This document shows positions 37,960 to 51,262 of a DNA stretch of 64,000 bases, in pieces. The DNA is from Ginglymostoma cirratum (taxonomy: Eukaryota), in NCBI GenBank assembly GCA_024137785.1, contig JAHRHZ010000059.1, positions 4,840,624 to 4,904,623 on the forward strand, written 5' to 3'. Position 1 is the stretch's first letter, and the number at the start of each line of letters is the position of its first letter. Under the pieces are notes generated by a model. The model was given only the letters and a program-made list of their open reading frames with translations. It made no database searches and was not told the DNA's origin. The translations under genes were made by a program, and so were the position numbers.

Positions 37960-38915
37960 TTTTACATTCAATTTGAGGGAGAAGGGAGTGGATAAAGGAC
38001 TAGAACTTTAAATTTAAAAATAAGGGCAACTACGAAAGAAAGAAAATTCCCTAAAAGTGAACTGGCAAAATTAGGTTATGGAATAAAAGATCAATAGAAA
38101 TGCAATGTCATACATTTAAAAAAAGGGAATATTTCAATGAGAAACAAAAATTCCAAGAAGTGGTTAACTAAAAAGGTTAAGACAGTATCAAAACAGAAAA
38201 AAACAAACATACTATTGCAAAGACAGGTGGCAGGTATCATTATTAAACAAGACAAACGATTAATCAGGAGGGGAAGTTAGGGTAGAAAAAAAGCTAGCTG
38301 GAAATAAAAAACAATAGCAAGAGTTTCTATAGGCAAGTTAAAAAAAGTGGGTATTGCTCAGAAAGAGTCTGAGAAATTAATAATAAAAATTAAGGAGATG
38401 GCAGATGACTAGAACTGGTACTTTTGCATTGGTCCTCATGGAGGGAGGGTTTTTTTAAAAAAAACGTGACTTCCCAGGAACAGCTGTAAATCAGTGGTGG
38501 GGGGGGGGGGGTGGCAGGGGGAAGAAGGGAGGAACTCAGGAAAAAATTACAACTACCAGGAAACTGACACTAAGCAAACCACTGGAACGGTGGGCTGTCA
38601 AGTCTATAGGTATTGATTATCCATTTTGGCAGGAGAAACAAAATAAGCAGCACATTTCCCCGAGTGTAGAGAGAGATTGCCATGTTGTGTCCTGGTGCGT
38701 GAATTGCACAAGGTTAGTACGCAGATACAAGTAATTAGGAAAGGCAGTAGAATATTAATTGTGTAGACAGGAATTGATACAAAAGGAGGAGATTATGTAT
38801 GTTTCAATTAACACAGCATTAGATGAAGTCCTACCAGGAGTATGGTGCTCAGTACTGGTCACCTTACTTAAAAAGGAAGCATGTACAGCATTGGATGCAG
38901 AAGGTTTACTAAACT
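37960..38915 (+). mobile_element. Highly decayed CR1 LINE ORF2 fragments
   Basis: AAGGAGATGGCAGATGACTAGAACTGGTACTTTTGCATTGGTC and GGAGTATGGTGCTCAGTACTGGTCACCTTAC resemble CR1 ORF2 segments. Confidence 0.6.
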
Positions 38916-39119
38916 AATAAAACAAAAATACTGTGGCCACTAGAAATCTGAATGACTAAGTGCTGGAGAAACTCAGGTCTGGGCAAGCACAGAGGTCCAC
39001 CCTCACCATTCTCTGCTCTGAATAAAACAAAAAAAAAAACTCCAGCCTATCTGGGTTACATTTTCTTTTCTGGATAGTCAATGCCTATCACTTAAGTGGC
39101 GAGTAACATTTACACCTTA

Positions 39120-39990
39120 TTACCCCAAAACTTGGCACAAGCAGTCAGAGTTGTGAATGGTGCTGAACTATGGTCTTCAGCAAACATTCCTACTTCTGAC
39201 TTTGTCAAACAGAAGATCATTGACGAATCAGTTGAAGATGGTTGGGTCCAAATCAGGAGGCCCAGATTCCAGTTTCACCTGCTCTAGATGTGTGTAATAA
39301 TGTCTCTGAACAGTTCAATATTAAAAAAAACAACATTAGGAACTCCTACCACTATTGTCCTTGGACTCATTTGGTCTCCAAATCACCATTTTCTTTGCTA
39401 GATACAACTCCAATGCCAACTTTAAGCAAGGCTATTTTAGGCCACATTTAGTCACATGTGGTCTTGATGGCAAGGGCAATCACCCCTTCCACCTTAAGTT
39501 CAATATTTTTGGTCCATATATTTGGATCAAGTCTGCAATGACAGCAAGAGCTAAATCATGCTGGCAGAACCCAAATGCGACAAGCAGGGCAAGTGCTACT
39601 TTTAGTACTGTCAATGAGTCTTTCCATTAGCAAAGCAATGACTGAGGAGGCTAATGGTCAGTCGATGGTAAAGTTGGATTTGTCCTGCCTTTTGCAGATA
39701 GGACAATTTCTACACTGCCAGGCTGATTCAGGTTTTGCAGCTGCACTGGAAACTAGATGGCTTGGGGTGTTGATAGTAATGAAGCTGAACTTTAATACTA
39801 TGGCAAAGATATTATAAAAGGGGCTAGAGGCTTCAGCCATTTCTTGCCAACATGGAGTGAATCAGTTTGGCTGGAGACCAGCATCAGTGAAGTTGGGGAC
39901 TTTAGAAGGTCAAAAGGGATCATCCACTTGGTACTTCTGGCTGACACTGTTTGCAAATGCACCACCTAAAGAGTGAATCAGGGCAGAAGG
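39120..39990 (-). mobile_element. LINE of the second CR1-like lineage, decayed
   Basis: Colinear with 28330-29330, for example AATGGTGCTGAAC, TTGGATTTGTCCTGC and CATCCACTTGGTACTTCTGGCTGA. Confidence 0.65.
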
Positions 39991-42066
39991 ATAATTGGGT
40001 AGAGTGAATAGAGTCAACTGGCACGTACTCGCTGTAATAAAATTTATTGTTGAATTGGTCGGACGAGAGATTCCTGGAAGACATTGTACAGCTGAACAGA
40101 ACCAGTGTGACCACAAAATGACGGAATAGAACAAAGTGGAAAAAGAAGAAGTGAACCAAGGTTCCACAAATCTTCACTACATAAGCCACGGAAACTGTGT
40201 CCAATTAAATTGGTAACTATATCTTTTCTTTATTCTCCCTTAAATTTTGTAGGCATGCCACTTCCAATATAGCTAAAAAGTGAACATTTTTAAAAGCTTA
40301 TAATCAGTGTCCCGTGAAGCATTAGAAGAAAAAGATTTTTCTAAAAAGAGACTTTATGACCTTTAATCAAGTTACTTCATATCTCCTTTGTCCTACTGGC
40401 AACAGTCATGGGTTCTCAATTCTTCCTTCATACTTTTACTTCCTCATTCCATACAGCATCCTAACAAATCTCCATTATTTTGTTGCTTCAATATCCTACA
40501 ATTAAAGACATGTCTTTACCTCAGGCAAAATAAATGAGAATAATCACCTCACCAGTCAGTCAACAGGTTGAAATTTGAAGTGAAAATTCAAATTGAAGAT
40601 TCAGCTTCAGCATGGCTACATATTTAAAGAGAGAATTTCATTTAAAGCAAATAGAAGAAAATGTTTACAGTCCTGCTTGAAAATGACAGTTTACTGTCCG
40701 GATATCAATTGACTGTCCAAAGAAATCCAGCAGGAGTCACATTGAGATAATGTTTTATTTAAGAAGCTGTTGTTAATTAAAATGGTTCATTTTATTGTCT
40801 TTGATTATTAATGCTTTTTCAAAAAAAAAAATGCAGTGTTCCGCAACTCCTTGTCAAAATAGTTAGTATTGGTAATCAAAAATGTCCTCTTTCATTAATA
40901 CCAATACAGACACAAGCAAGACAAAGTTTTCTTAGGAAATCCATTATTGTGTCTGTTTTGTTATTGATACACCATTGCAGCTCAAGTTAGAATGACCTTA
41001 AAAAAAAAGCCTGCCATTAAGCTAGGCCACAGTCTTCAACCTTACGGGGCTCCAAATTTCTTTAGCAGGTCTTGGACCTCCAACTTTGCTCAGTTGCACT
41101 CATTTACAGAATTAATGGTTGACAACACACAGGTGATTCAGATATGTAGCAGAAGAGGTTAAGTGAAGCCATCCTAAATCAGTTAGCACATTTGGTAACC
41201 AAGACAAAACTAGCACAGTGATTAGCTGGTTTTGGAATGGTCAATGGGAAAGCAATCACTTCTCACCAAATTTCTAGGGTTAACTCAGCAACTTGCTTTC
41301 CAGATAGTATCAAATACAGATTTGGATTTTGCCCACTATTCCTTGCCACCTCTCCAGAACCATATGGTAGACAGGATTCAATATGCAGAGGAAGATGAAA
41401 GTTCAATATATTAAGAAAGGTGTTTCTGTGTATGGATCCCAGTGTCACTGGCTCCTAATTTAAAAGATTTCATCCCTTAATAGCTGAAGGGAAGGAGAAC
41501 AACAGGAAGGTACCATCCTGGGATTTCAGTTTCAGGTCACTTTAGCTCTCAGCTACAAATTTTATTCAGTAAGAATTGCAAGGCTGCATATGTCCAGGAA
41601 AAGCCAGAAAACATGTTCTGGTAAGGAATTCACAAAGTTAAAATCCTGGAACTCCCTCCATAAAACAGCATTGTAGGTGCATCTATACTTCATGGGACTG
41701 CACTGCTCCACCTCCTTTCCAAGGCTATTAGGTATGCACAATAAAATACTGACATGGTCAACATCCAGATTCCACAAATCAATAACCTTGAAATAAAAAA
41801 AATTAAAAAAAAAAAAAACCATTTTTTGGGAACAAATTAAATTCAATCTCTGGATTTTTTGATGTTCACCATCAGTTGTTCCAGTATTAATTTTCTGGAA
41901 CCTGACGATTCATCACTTCCTGCCTGACAACTCCAACCGTACTGAAAATTGTCCAGGCAAAAAAGATAGAAATCGGAAGTCAAACCATAAAATGTTAGAA
42001 ATACTCAACCAGTCAATAACCCTGTTTTTCTCCACAGATTCTTAATGTTTAAAGTTTGTGAATTCA

Positions 42067-42403
42067 GGGGCAACGCAGTAGCTTAGTGGTTAGCACTGCT
42101 GCCTTACAGCAGTAGGACACAGGTTAGATTGTACCCTTGGGTGACTGTGCAGACTCCACACAGACATTTTGCCCGTGTCTGTGCAGGTTTCATCTGGGTG
42201 CTCCCGTTTCCTCCCATGATCCACAGATGGGCAGGTTAGGTAGACTAGGCAATTTACCGTGCCCATAGTGTATAAGAATGTACAGGCTAGGTGGATTAGT
42301 CATGGGAAATGCAGTTTACAGGGATGGGGTGGGATGCCTTGAGGGCCAGAGTGGACTTGATGGGTCAAATGGCCTGCTTCCACACTGTAGGGAATTCAAT
42401 GAC
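42067..42403 (+). mobile_element. HE1-type SINE
   Basis: GGGGCAACGCAGTAGCTTAGTGGTTAGCACTGCTGCCTTACAGC head and GGGTCAAATGGCCTGCTTCCACACTGTAGGGA tail. Confidence 0.85.
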
Positions 42404-44044
42404 TAATGCTGTTTCTGTCCACAGGTGCTTCCTGATTGGAAGAGTATTTGTAGTTTGATTTTATTCCTTATGACTGTCACATGCTTTAGAGATTAAGTTT
42501 CATTGAATCTAGACCAATTAATGGCAATCTTCAGGCTTTTTGCAACATTTGATATTAGTTTTACTTCAGTGATTTTACAAACAACTCCTATAACAAAATT
42601 GTGGTTGAGATGCTGAAAGTAATAGAAGTCATTTTTCTACTTTTCAACAAGCATTAAAAAAACTGATGAGAAAAAGTATCAATAAAAATTTACTGTGTAA
42701 TGCTATTCAGTTATAGCCAATAGTATCCAAAATTATGAATTTTGGGTATTTAATAGGAGCAGAGTCAGCTGGGATAGGATTTCAAGGAATTGAATGAAGT
42801 CTGCAGTTAGTCCATTCCAGCAAGGCAGCAACAGTAGTGGACAGGCTCACAAGGTGATATAAACAAAGTGTCAACACTGCTTTCACAGATGTTTTTGTCT
42901 TTAGACCAGCCTGTAAGGGTAGTTTGTACTATGGAGGCAATAGGTTGCAAAAGGATTCCATTCTGGAGTCTGTTCACAAGTCAATCTGTATGAAAGTTGA
43001 AATAGAATGCAGCACAATATAAAAACTATCCGTTGTTAAGTGCAGGAAATGCTTACACGTTGGATCTTTAAAATTATTCCCTGTATATAAATGTGTTCGC
43101 AAGTATGAACATTAGTGAGTTGGGAACCCCTTGTAAAAAGATACAGGAAGTGGTCAGCGATAGTGGGGAAAAACAGGCAACAGATACTGATACTACTACA
43201 GTTAGGAACTGAATTCAGATAGTCCCAAGGCTACCTAAAACAGGTTTTCACCCCAATACCTTGTGACAGAGGCAGTGAATACTTGCCTTGTTGGAGACAA
43301 GACTGAAGTAACATGGATATGGAGCAGTTAGAAGCAAATTACTCTTTAAATTTATTGCATTATTTTATCCCATGAAATAAAGAAATTCTTGCCTTCAAAG
43401 GCCACTTTTCTATTTATATTCTTGAGAATATTAAATAGAATGATTACTATAATCTGTTTTAACAGCATAAATATCACCAAAACATACAAGTTCCCCTTAT
43501 TCTTCAAATTACCTGAAAAACACAGGCATATAAAGCATGACAAACTTATAGCATTCTTCTGAACTGAAGTGATTTCAAACTCTTGAAATCAGTCAAGCAT
43601 TTCTGAAATGTAATCACTATCCTAATTTAAGAAACGTGGCAAGCAATTTGTATTGTACTAAATCTGACCTTCTACACATTTCTATATCTTGCTAATAATC
43701 TAGGCAGTTGTGACTTTGATGTTAAATGTTTTTGGTAATATTCTTACGAAGCTCCTTGGCATGTTTGTCTTATGACAAATACAAGTTGCTGATGGGAGCT
43801 TTGCAGGACTGAAGGGCAATCATGATTTTACTTGTTAAACAGTCAAATTGAGTGATTGACATTGAAGCTCCTATTTTTGGACTCACGCTCCTCTTCAAAA
43901 GTAGTCAGACATTCTATTCATACATACCCTGCTCAAGACCAAAAAGAGTCAGGTTGTTAACAGTTGAACCCATGTTCAATGGGACACAAGGTTCTGTAAT
44001 AATGGGTAAAGGAGGAATGTGGGATGAGTTCCATCATTGGGCAA

Positions 44045-44330
44045 ATATTAAATACAAAAAGCAGGGAAGTGTAACTGGAACTATACAGGACATTAGTTAG
44101 GCCACATTCGCAGGTTTATACACACCTTTGGTCATCATATCAGACAATGTTCTAAAAACATTAGAGAGGAGATTTACAAGAATGTTGTCAGAGTTTGAAA
44201 ATTACAGTTATGAGACAAGATTGGAAATGCCAGATGCTAGGAAATGGGATTAGATTGGGCAGTTCATTTATTCCAGCGGCACAGACACAATGGACTGAAT
44301 GGCCTCTATGCTTTAATCTGTGGTTCTCTA
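44045..44330 (+). mobile_element. CR1 LINE 3' fragment
   Basis: CTATACAGGACATTAGTTAGGCCACA..AGAGGAGATTTACAAGAATGTTG..TGGACTGAATGGCCTCT. Confidence 0.7.
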
Positions 44331-45338
44331 ACCTATTTGTGTTGCAAATTCCAAACTTATTACCCAATTCTGTTAGATTCTTGCTAGATAAGGAAACATC
44401 CATCTCCCTGACTGTAAAAATACTCAATTACACTGTTTCCACTGCCTGAGGCAAACACTCAATTCTCATCTCTGCTGTGAAAAGGCACCCCCCAATTTTA
44501 AGACAGTATACCCTAGTCCTGGGCCATGTTTCCTGTCCATCTTGTTAACAAAATTTAACATGTCATGAAAAAAAAAACCAAGTCACTTTTCATTCTAAAC
44601 CCTAGTAGAAAGAAAGCCCAGCTTATTCAGCCTATTCAGATAGGTATCATTATAGTAATAACTTGCTGCAACCTAAATGCTAACTTTGTGATCGAAGGAC
44701 TAGTACACCTAAATTTGTCTGCTACTCAATTCCTGTTACTCTCCTATAAAAAGTCCAGTTTTCAATCTTTAGATAGCCATATTCTCTTTTAAAATGGCAT
44801 GGATTAAAAGAAAGTGTTAATTGTAATGAAAAATAAATGCTAAAATAGATATTTGAATGATTGCACTAATTACCAATTTAAGAGAGTGAGTTCTACAAAA
44901 TTGTAAGCTAGAAAAAGGAAGTGAATTGATTTAAGTGGGAGATGATATTTGGCAAGACAGAAATCTGGACTTCTATTGCTCACTCCACCCATCTTCACGC
45001 TGGCATGTACCCCAGGCGATGCTGCTCTGCAAGAATAGCACTCTAGCTGCTTCTCCTCATCAATGACACAGTTAGTGGTAACCTTACTTCTGAGTTAGAG
45101 GACATGGGCCAGATTGTCACTGGAGACAAATAGCTTTTTAAAAAAAAATTGATACACATGCCACAGACACAAGCCAGTTTCATATTCCTCATCTGCTCTT
45201 CACAAAGATTTGACTCTTCCATAAAATTTTTGGCTCCCACACTGCAGCATAAGGCCCTTGCTGCAGTGAAAAAATGGGATCTGTGAAACAAAAATCAAAT
45301 TCAAATAGCTCTGCTGACTCTGTGCTTTCCATAATACA

Positions 45339-45546
45339 GTCAGAAATCACACAACACCAGGTTATTAGTCCAACAAGTTTATTTGAAACACCAGCTTTCG
45401 AAGCACTGCTCCTTCATTACTTTACCTCACAAAAGGAGCAGCACTTCAAAAGCTTGTGATTTCAAATAAACCTATTGGACTATAACCTGGTATCATGTGA
45501 TTTCTGACCTTGTCCGCCCCAGCCCAACACCAGCACCCCCACATCA
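45339..45546. mobile_element. Palindromic PLE mini-element of the 15.9-kb family
   Basis: GTCAGAAATCACA..CCAGGTTA.TAGTCCAA..GTTTATTTGAAA versus TTTCAAATAAACCTATTGGACTATAACCTGG..TGTGATTTCTGAC. The right arm has an extra tail of about 38 nt. No clear TSD. Confidence 0.82.
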
Positions 45547-45862
45547 TTCCTACCCTACAAGCCAATATCAAATTTGATGGAAGTGGGGACAGACTTCTAA
45601 GTCCCATCCACGATCTTTAGAGGATTCCAGGTCCTTCCACAACTCCTAAAATAAAAAACCCATGTGTAAAAATATCAGTCCAGCTGTTAAGGAATGCTGC
45701 ACTATTAGAAACATATTTCTTTTAGTTCAGATATTAATCCAAAGCCCAGCGGCCCTTAAAGTTAAAAAAAACTATAAGACTATATAAACTATAAAAGCAT
45801 TATTCTGAATTAACAGCCAAGCCGTGCTCCCTAGTTTGCTGATCTCTTTTTAGTTTGAAGCC

Positions 45863-45894
45863 AAATAAATAAATAAATAAATAAATAAATAAAT
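45863..45894 (+). repeat. (AAAT)n microsatellite inside a decayed Deu-SINE-like element (about 45680-46030)
   Basis: Read directly, about 8 units. Confidence 0.95.
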
Positions 45895-47489
45895 CATCAC
45901 TAACAGGTAGTAACACAATGTCCAGATAATGAGATTGGCTGTAAACTTTCCCCACCATTGCAACAGTGCACTTCAAAATGACTTACTTGGTTGAAAAGCA
46001 CTTTGGGAGTACAAAACACACGTACTTTCTTAGCCATACAATAAATTTTTGTACTGTTTTCTTGGGGCCTGATCCGTCACACTACACATTTTAAAACTAT
46101 TGTATGTACAAATTGCTCCCATTCTGTTGGGTCTAAAATTTTGCAACTGGTATGTCAATATATTTGACTTAGCCTTGCACCTCATTCAGGCAAGCAGCAA
46201 CTCACTCAATTATAGTCTTGAGCATTGTATCAATGGAATACATTGGCCATACTCCACCATCCTTCCCAACTTCAGTTTTCAATTGCTAGCTGTAAACAAC
46301 TGTTAGGTGCAAAGCCACAAGCTGAATTTCCCTAGTATTTTTAAAATGATTATGCAATATAGAGTATAATTTAAGGGTAATATTTGAATAATTTATGAGA
46401 TCAAATTATACACTTCCCAACATTCGAAAGAAACAAATATTGTAGGTCAATGAGGGAAGTCAAAAAAAACTACACTCCCATGGTAACTGGCATCTTTTAT
46501 GTCACGCTGTTACTCATTCAAAGACTATCACTGAAACATATGTTTCAAACTAGTAGCCATTAGACTATCATGGCAATGTGACAGAATGAACCAGACACAC
46601 ATCACAACACAAATATTTAAAGTGTCAGCAAATACCAGAATCCCACAGAAAAGCACAGGGACATTCCAATCCCTATTGATACATTCTTATTACTAGTGTT
46701 GTGCATGGATGTAGGAAATTAGAAAAACAACTAGTGCTGATTCATTGGCTATAAACATTTCTTAAGATCTCAAAATCAGAATTTTTGAACAGTTTAGTGC
46801 TCATGAGTAAACAACCCATGCAATCAATTTCTTCCTTTTTGGAAATATGCTTTCTCACTTTCAACCTTCACCCCTCCTTTCCTGAAAGGAAGGATTCAAA
46901 CTGGGGTATTGCATCATAACAATTGGAACACTGCAACTATTCTTTGAGCATAAAAACCAGAAAAAAAAGCAGTTTATATGTCCAAGGAAAACTGTAATAG
47001 TAGGAGGCCAGTACTGTTTATCTGTTGCCTGTCCAGATCTTCACACATACGTGAACTGATATACACAGTCCCAACTCAACAAAAAAATGGCACAAAAACA
47101 CTGGCAATATCAGTAGGCTGTTCAGCCCTGGAGTTTACTTCACCATTCAAATAATCTGCACTTCAACATGCCAAGTGGTAGTTAAAAGAAAAATAATCAT
47201 TGGAAACTTTTAAAGTATTAACAGATTTACTGATCTGACTTTCATGTTATAGCCATGGTGTCCTTTTAAAGATTTGACTTAATTTTCAGCGAAAATTAAG
47301 CATGGAAGTAAAGCCCAAAAGGGAAAATCATTTGATGCAACATTTCTCTTGGGAAATTAATTGAAATATCTTGACTGCAGCAACATAGTCAAAGAAGAGG
47401 ATACTCCACTTGCCTTCTACTGATATGGCTATTACTAAAAGTTAGTGACCAGGTTGCAAGTACAACTTGAACATGCTAACTGACACACC

Positions 47490-50345
47490 ACGGCAGTAAT
47501 GCAGGAAACCAATGCAATGATTATAGAGAGCTGGGAAAGAAGTTAAAAATCAGTACCTCGACATTGGTAATCTCTGTATTACTTCCAGTACCATGTGCTA
47601 GTGAGGTTAAGAACCAGAGGATATGGCAGATGAATGCCAAGCTAAAGAATTAGTGCAAGGTGCAGGGATTCAAATTTCTGGAGCATTGCTATCTTTTCTT
47701 GAGCAGAGGTGATGTGTTCAAGAGGGACAGGTTGCACTTGAACTGGAGGGGGAAACCAATATCCCGGTGGGCACATTTGCTAGTGCTGCAAGGGAGGGTT
47801 TAAAAACTACATCGGCAGGAGAGTGGGATCGTCAAGAGCAGGGAGGCAAGCACAAGGCTGGAAGGAAATACAATAATCAGAAATAGCAAGTTGAAGAGAC
47901 AGGTCATGCTGGAACAGGACAGGGAGCAAGGAATGCCTATTGGATTAAATCCATTTCAATGCAAGAGGCAAGGCTGATGAACTCAGTGTGGATAGGTACG
48001 TAGGACTGGCAGCTTAGTGTGTCTGAGCACAGGTGCTTTAGGTGGGTCAGAGACAGGAAAGGTGGGGGGGGGGGGTGTTGCATTTTTGATTAAGAGGCAT
48101 ATCATGGCAGTAGTCAGAGATGAAATAACTGAGGGATCATTCACTGAGGTTTTGTGGGTGGAGCTAAGAAATGAGAAGAGGATGGTGACTTTATTGGGGT
48201 TGTACCACAGTTCCCCCTAAATAGTCAACAGAAATTAGAGGAACAAATATACAGGAAGATTGCAGAGATTTTTCCTAACATAGACTGGGACTGCCATAGT
48301 GTTAAGGGCTTAGATTGGGAGAGGGAAAAAAAGAGTGGGGAGGAATTTGTTAAAATGTCTTCAGGAAAGTTTCCTCAGGCAGTGCATAGAGGATCCTACT
48401 TGCAAGGGGGTTAAACTAGATCTAATCTTGGGAAATAGGGCAGGACAGCTGACTGGAGGCGACAGTGGGGGAGCACTTTGGGACTTGTGACCATAGTTCT
48501 ATTTTAAAACTAACAGTTATGGAGAGGGACAAAACTAGTCCTCAAGTTCAAGTTCTAAACTAGGGCAAGGCGAATTTTGATGGAATTAGACAGGAGCTTG
48601 CAGGGGTCATTTGGAGTAGTTTGTTTGCAAGCAAAGGAACCTCTGGCAAGTAGGAGGTCTTTGTAAGTGTGATAGCAATGAGTTTAAGGTCTGTATGTTC
48701 CTGTGAGGGTGAAGGGCAAGGTTGGCAGGAGTAAGGAACCCTGGATGACAAGAGAAATTGAGGCTTTGACCGGAAAAAAGGAGGAACAGGCAGCTGGGAT
48801 CAAGGGAATCCCTGAGAGATATACAGAAGCTTACTGAAGAATGAAATCAGGAGGGTGAGAAAGGGAGCACAAGAGCTTTGGAACCACCCTAATCTTCTCA
48901 GCCAAGAGATTCTGTAAGTATATTAAAGGACAAAAGAATAACTAGAGAGAGAGAATAGGACCCCTCAAGGACCAATGTGGACATGTATGCAGGAGATGGA
49001 TGAGGTCCTCAATGACTATTCCTAATGTGTTTACCGTGGAGAAAGACAAGATGACTTGGGAACCTGGGGAGGTTAGTAGTAATATCTTAGGGACAGTCCA
49101 TATCACAGTAGAGGTGGTGTTGGAAGTATTAGAATGTACGAAGGTGGACAAATTTCTTGGTCCTGATCAGATATATCCGAGAGGCTAGACAAGAAATTGC
49201 AGAGGCCCTGGCTGATATGTTTGCATCATTGTTAGCCATGGGGGAGGTCCCAGAAGACTGGAGGGTGCTGAATGTCATGCCTTTATTCAAGGAGGGCTGC
49301 AAAGAAGAACCTGGGAATTATAGACTAGTCAGCTTAACATCTGTAGTAGGCAAGTACTTGAGAAAATTCAGGGGGATAAGATATACTTGCATTTAGAAAG
49401 ATAGGGTTTGATTAGGCTTTGTGCGTGGGAGATCATGTCTCGCAAATTTGTTAAAGTTCTTTGATGAAGTGACCAGGAAGGTTGATGAGGGCAGGGTGGT
49501 AGACGTAGTTTAGTTGAATTTCAGTAAGGCCTTTGATAAGGTTCCACATAGTAGGCTGCTCTGGTAGGTTAGATCACACAGAACCTAGGGAGAGTTGGCA
49601 AATTGGATACATACTTCACTTGATAGTGGGAAGCAGAAAAGTAATAGTGGAAGCATGCTTGTTAGACTGGCAGCCTGTGACTAGTGGTGTGCCTCAGGGA
49701 TTGGTGCTGGGCCCATTGCTGTTTATTATCTATAATCAAATGATTTGGATGAGAATGTACAAGGCATGGTTAGTAAGTTTGCAGATGACACTAAAACAGA
49801 CAGTATTGTGGATAGTGAGTAAGGTTATCAGAAATTGCAGCATGGTCTTGCTCAGCTGGGGAAGTGGGCTGTGAAATGGCAAATGGAGCTTAATATAGAG
49901 AAGTGTGAGGTGTTACAGTTTGGAAAGTTAATTCAAGGTAGAGTTTCATGGTGAATGGTAGGGCCTTAAGGAGTGTGGTGGAACAGAGGGACATTGGAGT
50001 TCAGATGCACGGTTCTGAAAGTGGAATCACAGGTACATAGGGCAGTGAAGGCAGCTTTTGGCACACTGGCCTTCAGTCAGGGCATTGAGTATAGAAGTTG
50101 GGAAGTTATGTTGCAGTTGTACAGGACATTGGTGAGGCCACACTTGTAGTAGTGTTCAGTTTTGGTCACCTTGCTATAGGATGATTGTTGTACTAAACTG
50201 GAAAGAGTGCAGAATAAAATTTACAAGGATGTTGCCAGGACTTAAGGAACCGAGAGGGTGAACAGGCTAGGACATTTTTTCAAAAAAAAAAAAAGAGCAT
50301 AGGAGACTTTGAGTGGGGGGAGGGGGGAGGTGGAGATGTCTTATA
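47490..50345 (+). mobile_element. Long CR1 LINE: ORF1 esterase-like C-terminus, then ORF2 APE endonuclease and RT, multiply disrupted
   Basis: VIS.LLPVP and DRLHLNWRG near 47565-47750. APE remnant GGGGVAFLIK..EVLWVELRN..TLLGLY. RT motifs VPEDWRV.NVMPLFKEG..PGNYRLVSLTSVVGK, FSKAFDKVPH, SGVPQGLVLGPLLF and KFADDTK. Confidence 0.93.
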
Positions 50346-50359
50346 GAAGGAGGCATAAT

Positions 50360-51232
50360 AGGTCTTTTACAGATTGTCAAGATGTAATGAGTGGTGTGCC
50401 ATAGAGATTGGAACTAGGACCTTAATTGTAAACAATTTGTAAACGTGACTTGTATGAATGGACAGAAGGTATGGTTGTGAAATTTGCCAGCGTACAGATA
50501 AGTAGGAAATTTTCTTCAAGTGACATAAGGAGGCTATGAAGAGGTTTATAGGTGAAATTAGCGGATAAAGATGTCAAAAATAGAGTATCAAGTGGGAAAG
50601 ATGTGAAATTCTCCTTATGGCAAGTAAACAAGAAAGCTCATCAAATGCGATATTTATTCCAAGAGGTATTAAATACAAAAGGTTGGAGATTATGCCTCAC
50701 TTATTCAGGGCACTGGTAAGATTACACTAGAGTACAGGACTGCCACCTCATTTAAAAAGAGCAATATTAAAAAAAAATACACATTGAGGTACTTTGGAGG
50801 AGATTTACTAGACTAAATACCTGAAGCGGACAGGTCACTTTGGAGAGGAAAAAAAAAAAGACAGGCAGGGCTTATATTTGCTGGAGTTTAGAAGAGGTGA
50901 CTTGATTGAAACAAAGTCAAGGATCTTGACAGGTTGGATGTCAAAAGGAGATTCAAGAATTACGTTCACTGTTTAAATCCAGGATTGTCCATTTAAAATA
51001 GAGGTGAGGCGAGTTTAAGGATACAAACCTTCAACTTCTGAACAAGCAGCAGAATCAAAATCTGAGTATTTTTAATGGCAAAGGTGAATAGATTTTTGTT
51101 AAGCAAGTGTTTGAAGAGTTGTCATAGCTACGCAGCAGTATGGATTTGAGCTTACAATCAGATCAGCCATGATCTCATTGAATGAGGGAGCATGCTCAAG
51201 GATTGAATGGAATACTCCTACTTGTTCATATG
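50360..51232 (+). mobile_element. Second, older CR1 3' fragment
   Basis: GTAATGAGTGGTGTGCCA..GAAGGTATGGTTGTGAAATTTGCC and the tail GATCAGCCATGATCTCATTGAATG..CTCCTACTTGTTCATATGT. Confidence 0.75.
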
Positions 51233-51262
51233 TAGGAGAAGACAAGAGGGAAGGGTGGTTTG

